From assembly GCA_963702425.1 (NCBI GenBank), contig CAVPCQ010000028.1:1-64000 (forward strand): 64,000 nt of DNA. Direction: 5' to 3'. The notes beneath the pieces were generated by a model that saw only the letters and a program-made list of their open reading frames with translations, was not told where the DNA came from and searched no databases. This DNA comes from an uncultured Acidobacteriota bacterium. GTDB taxonomy: Bacteria > Acidobacteriota > Polarisedimenticolia > J045. This document shows positions 60,201 through 64,000 of this stretch, one piece after another; the first letter of the stretch is position 1; every line of letters begins with the position of its first letter. The position numbers were made by a program, and so were the translations under genes.

Positions 60201-63200
60201 CCGGCATCTCCTGGCACCCCAACCTCGAGCGGCGACGGCAGCTTCTGGAACCCGCAGCAGATTTCCACGATCTCCGCATCCGCAGGCGATCGCGTCCGGC
60301 GACGTCGATCGCGACGGCGATCCCGACGTGCTCTCGGGGGCGTGCCTCGACACGACCGTCGCCTGGCACGAGAACGACGGCACGCCGGGCGGGCTCGGCG
60401 ACTGGGCCCAACGGACGATCGACGCCGCCGCGGCCTGTCCGGTCGCGGTCGCGCTCGCCGACGCGGACGGGGACGGCGACGACGAGGTCTTCGCCGCCCT
60501 GCGCGACCACGAGCTGACTTGGTACGAGCAACTCGACGGGGCCGGGGGGTTCGGCCCGCCGCAGGTCCTCCGGGGTGGCGTCGGCGCCCCGATCGCGGTG
60601 GTGGCGGCTGACCTCGACGGCGACGGCGACCCCGACCTGGCGGCGCTCTCCGGCCTGCGCGACAAGAACGGCACGCCGCTCCGCGGCCTCGTCCTGGTCC
60701 CCAACGACTCGATCCACCGCGGGCATGAGGTACTCCGAGGAACGGCTGATCGGCAGCGGCGAGCGCGGCGCAGCCGCGGTCGTGGCGGCCGACCTCGATC
60801 GCGACGGCGACCCCGACGCGGTCGTCGCGTCGAGCGACGACCATCGCCTCGCCTGGTACCAGAACCTCGACGGCGCCGGCAGCTTCGGCCCGCGGCGCAC
60901 GGTCTCGACCGCGTTCGTCGCGCTCGAGGACGTCGTCGCCGCAGACGTCGACGGCGACGGTGACCTCGACCTGGTCGCCGCCTCGAGCGGCGACGCCACG
61001 GTCTCGTGGTTCGAGAACCTCGACGGCCTCGGGACCTTCGGCAGCCGGCACGTCGTCGGCGCGCCCGTGACGCGACCGCTGTCGCTCGCCGCGGGGGACC
61101 TCGACGACGACGGCGACCAGGACCTCGTCGTCGGCTCCGGCGCGACCGTCTCGTGGTACGTCAACGACGACGGCGCGGGCGGCTTCGGTGGGCCGTACCT
61201 GATCAGCAGCGCGGTGGTCGACGCGCACGGCGTCGCCGTGGCCGACGTCGATCGCGACGGGAAGCGCGACGTCGTCTCGGCTTCCACGGGGGACGACAGG
61301 GTCGCCTGGTACCGCAACCTCGGCGCCCCGTCGTTCGGTCCGCAGCAGGTCGTCGACGGCGACGCGGCCGGGCCGACGGCGGTGGCCGTCGCCGATATCG
61401 ATGGCGACGGCGATCCCGACCTGCTGGTGGCGCAGCGCGACGCCAACCGCGTCCGTTGGTACCCGAACCTCAACGGGCACGGCGTCTTCGGCGCGTCGAA
61501 CCCCGTCGGGGACCGGGTCTACGGCGCGAGTGCGGTCGCCGCGGCCGACCTCGACGGCGACGGCGACCTCGACGTGCTCTCCACCTCCGGGAGCCGCGAC
61601 GAGGTCTTCGCCCACGAGAACCTCGACGGCGCCGGGACCTTCGGCCCGCTGGACGCCTTCGAGGGCGACCCGGTCGGTCCGAGCGACGTCGCGGCCGCGG
61701 ACGTCGACCGCGACGGCGACCTCGACGCGTTCGCGGTGGGGCGGGGGGACGGCGAGCTGGCCTGGTACCCGAACCACGGCGGGCAGTACGACTTCGCGGA
61801 CCTCGACGTGGCGCCGCCGGTCGCCTTCGACGGCGACGCCGTGGCGCTGCTGAAGATCACGCTGGCCCACCGCGGGCGGGCCGGCGACTCGCCGCTGGCG
61901 CCGGCCGAGTTCGGCCTGCGGGTCCTGCTCCAGGGGGTCGAGGCCCCGACCGCGGCGCAGCTCAACGCCGTGATCGACGTGCTCTGGCTGCTCCTCGACG
62001 ACGGCTCCGGCGCGTTCGAGCCGGGCGCCGACACGCCGGTCGCGGCACTCGACTGGCTGGCGGACTACGACGTGACGTTCCCCTTCACGCTCGGGGACGA
62101 GACGGTCGAGGTCCCCGCCGCCGGCTCGAAGACCTTCTTCGTCGTCGCCACGCTGTCGAAGGACGCCTCGCGGCAGGAGCCGCACGCGGTGGGCGTGATC
62201 CACCGGACCGACCCGGGCAGCGTCGTGCGCGACGCCGTGTCGGGCCGGGCGCTCCGGCCCGAGCGCTCGCCGGCGATGACGTCGGGCACCTGCACCGCGC
62301 TGCCGCGCGAGACCGTTCCGCCGTTCGTGATCGCGGTCCTCCCCGCCGACGGCGCACAGAACGTCGCCCCCAGCACGGAGATCCTGGTCCTGCTCTCCGA
62401 GCCGATCGACCCGGGCAGCGTCGGGCCCGGCGCGGCCTGGCTGGAGCGCGACGGCGTCAAGGTCCCGGGCAGCGTCCACGCCGCCACCGGCAACGCCCAG
62501 CTCGTGATCGACCCCGCGTCCCCGCTGACCCCCGGCGCGCCGTACACGGTGCGCGTCTCCGCGGCGCTCGAGGACCCCGCCGGCAACGGCGCGCTGCCGT
62601 TCGCGTCGCAGTTCCTCGTGCTGACCTACGCCGGATCGGGCCGCATCGGTGCCGGGACGGTCGGCGACGGGGCGAGCGGTGCGGTGATCCCGGGCACCAA
62701 CGAGGACGAGCACTTCGGCAGCTCGGTCGCCTCGGTCGGCGATGTGAACGGCGACGGGATCGGGGACCTCGTGATCGGTGCGCCGTACGCCGACGACGGC
62801 GCCGCGGCCGATGCGGGCAAGGCGACGCTGGTCTTCGGCGCGGTCGGCCTGCAGCAGAACGGGAGCACGGCGCTGCGCCTCGACTACCTCGGCGAGGCGG
62901 CAGGCGACGAGGCGGGCACGACGGTCGCGCGCGCCGGCGACGTCAACGGCGACGGCCTGGCCGACTTCGCGATCGGCGCCCCCGCCGCCGACGGCGGCCG
63001 CGGACGGGCCTACGTCGTCTTCGGTCACGCGAACCTGGGGAACCTCGCGGGACAGACGCTGCGCCTGGCGAACCTCGCGGCCTGCGCTGCGCCGACGACG
63101 CTGTGCGGGATCGTCCTCACCGGCGAGCTCGTCGGCGATCGGGCGGGCAGCGCCGTGTCGTACGCCGGGGATCTCGACGCGGACGGATCGGACGACCTGC

Positions 63201-64000
63201 TGGTCGGTGCCCCGGGCGCGAGCCCCGGCGGCCGGGCCGGCGCCGGGATCGGCTTCCTCGTCTACGGCCCGCGCGCGCACGGAGTTCTCCCGCTGGGGAA
63301 CGTTGGCGGGTCGGTCCGCGGGATCGTCTTCCATGGCGAGGCCGCGGGAGACGCCGCGGGCGCGTCGGTCTCGGCCTGGGAGGAAGCGCTGCCCGGCGTG
63401 GACGACCTCATTCTCGGCGCCCCCGGCGCGTCGCCGCTCGACGAGTTCGGCGCGCCGCTGGCGGGGGCCGGCTACGTCTACGCGATCCACGGCGGGAGCG
63501 CGAACCTGGACGCAAAGGCGGCCGCAGGCGTGATCGAGCTGACGCGGGTGGCGAGCGGCGAGCCCGATCAGGTGGCCGGCGTCGTCTTCCTCGGCACCAG
63601 CGTGGGCGGCGCGATCGGCCGCTCCGTCGGCGGCAGCGCCGACCTCGACGGCGACGGCACGCCCGACGTCGCGTTCGGCGCGAACGGCGAGGCCTGGGTG
63701 ATCCCCGGCAGCGGGCCGAAGACGGTCAGCGGGAACACCGACATCCGGCCGCCGACGAAAGCGCCCTCTCTGCTCTCGCCGCTCGCGCGACAGGCCGGCG
63801 GAACGGGTGCGATCGCACAGTTCGGCGCCTACGCGTTCGTCCCGGGGGCGGACGGTCCGCTTGGCGACCTCGTCGTCGCCGGGGCGGGGGACACCGACGG
63901 CGACGGCTTCGACGACCTCGCGATCGGCGCGCCGGACGCCGCCCCGGGAGGCCTGGCCGGCGCCGGCTCGGCCTACCTCGTGCGCGGTGCGCCGCTGCCG
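57215..64000 (+). CDS. Giant surface protein: metzincin (matrixin-like) domain, PPC, TSP3, FG-GAP/VCBS propellers, Ig-like domain, integrin-type FG-GAP repeats; multiple frameshifts, 3' end outside window
   Basis: [11 protein letters not shown] + PTMYP Met-turn; EPND..GDVDFY (PPC); [10 protein letters not shown]; about 14 xDxDxDGDxD repeats at 59660-61730; PADGAQNV Ig domain; [14 protein letters not shown] repeats from 62740. Confidence 0.8.

Noticed and set aside
8110-60730. Numerous frameshifts (about 8116, 12556, 16217, 17075, 27560, 27735, 53240, 53700, 57200-60730) as programmed frameshifting or mass pseudogenisation
   Set aside because: The ones examined are single-base indels, mostly in short G/C runs, with no slippery heptamers, and motifs stay intact on both sides. 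Long-read consensus error is the simpler explanation.

Overview
Very GC-rich bacterial window. Its gene content (Ser/Thr kinase fusions, CotH/LTD and FG-GAP surface proteins, WG-repeat subtilases) suggests Acidobacteriota, by inference only. Many single-base indels split otherwise intact genes, which points to an imperfectly polished long-read assembly. Left to right: TPR Ser/Thr kinase, cyclic beta-1,2-glucan synthase, kinase-FGE-hydrolase fusion, DUF362, GT-C/TPR membrane protein, secreted glutaminase, a ~3.97 kb tandem duplication (hypothetical + M23/LamG/TSP3 + yqeY), two ECF sigma/anti-sigma pairs, a vapBC-type module, GH44, a CotH giant, a DUF481 barrel, a putative glycosidase, divergent aceK-thrC / trans-sulfuration genes, a beta-helix protein, two subtilases sharing sigma54-type upstream regions and 3' elements, and a giant metzincin/FG-GAP protein running off the right end. 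The best candidate for an undescribed system is a ~110-aa C-terminal module ending in C-x-stop that is shared by three unrelated secreted proteins (M23, GH44, beta-helix); it may be a lineage-specific sorting or anchoring domain. No CRISPR array, rRNA, tRNA or IS element was recognised.
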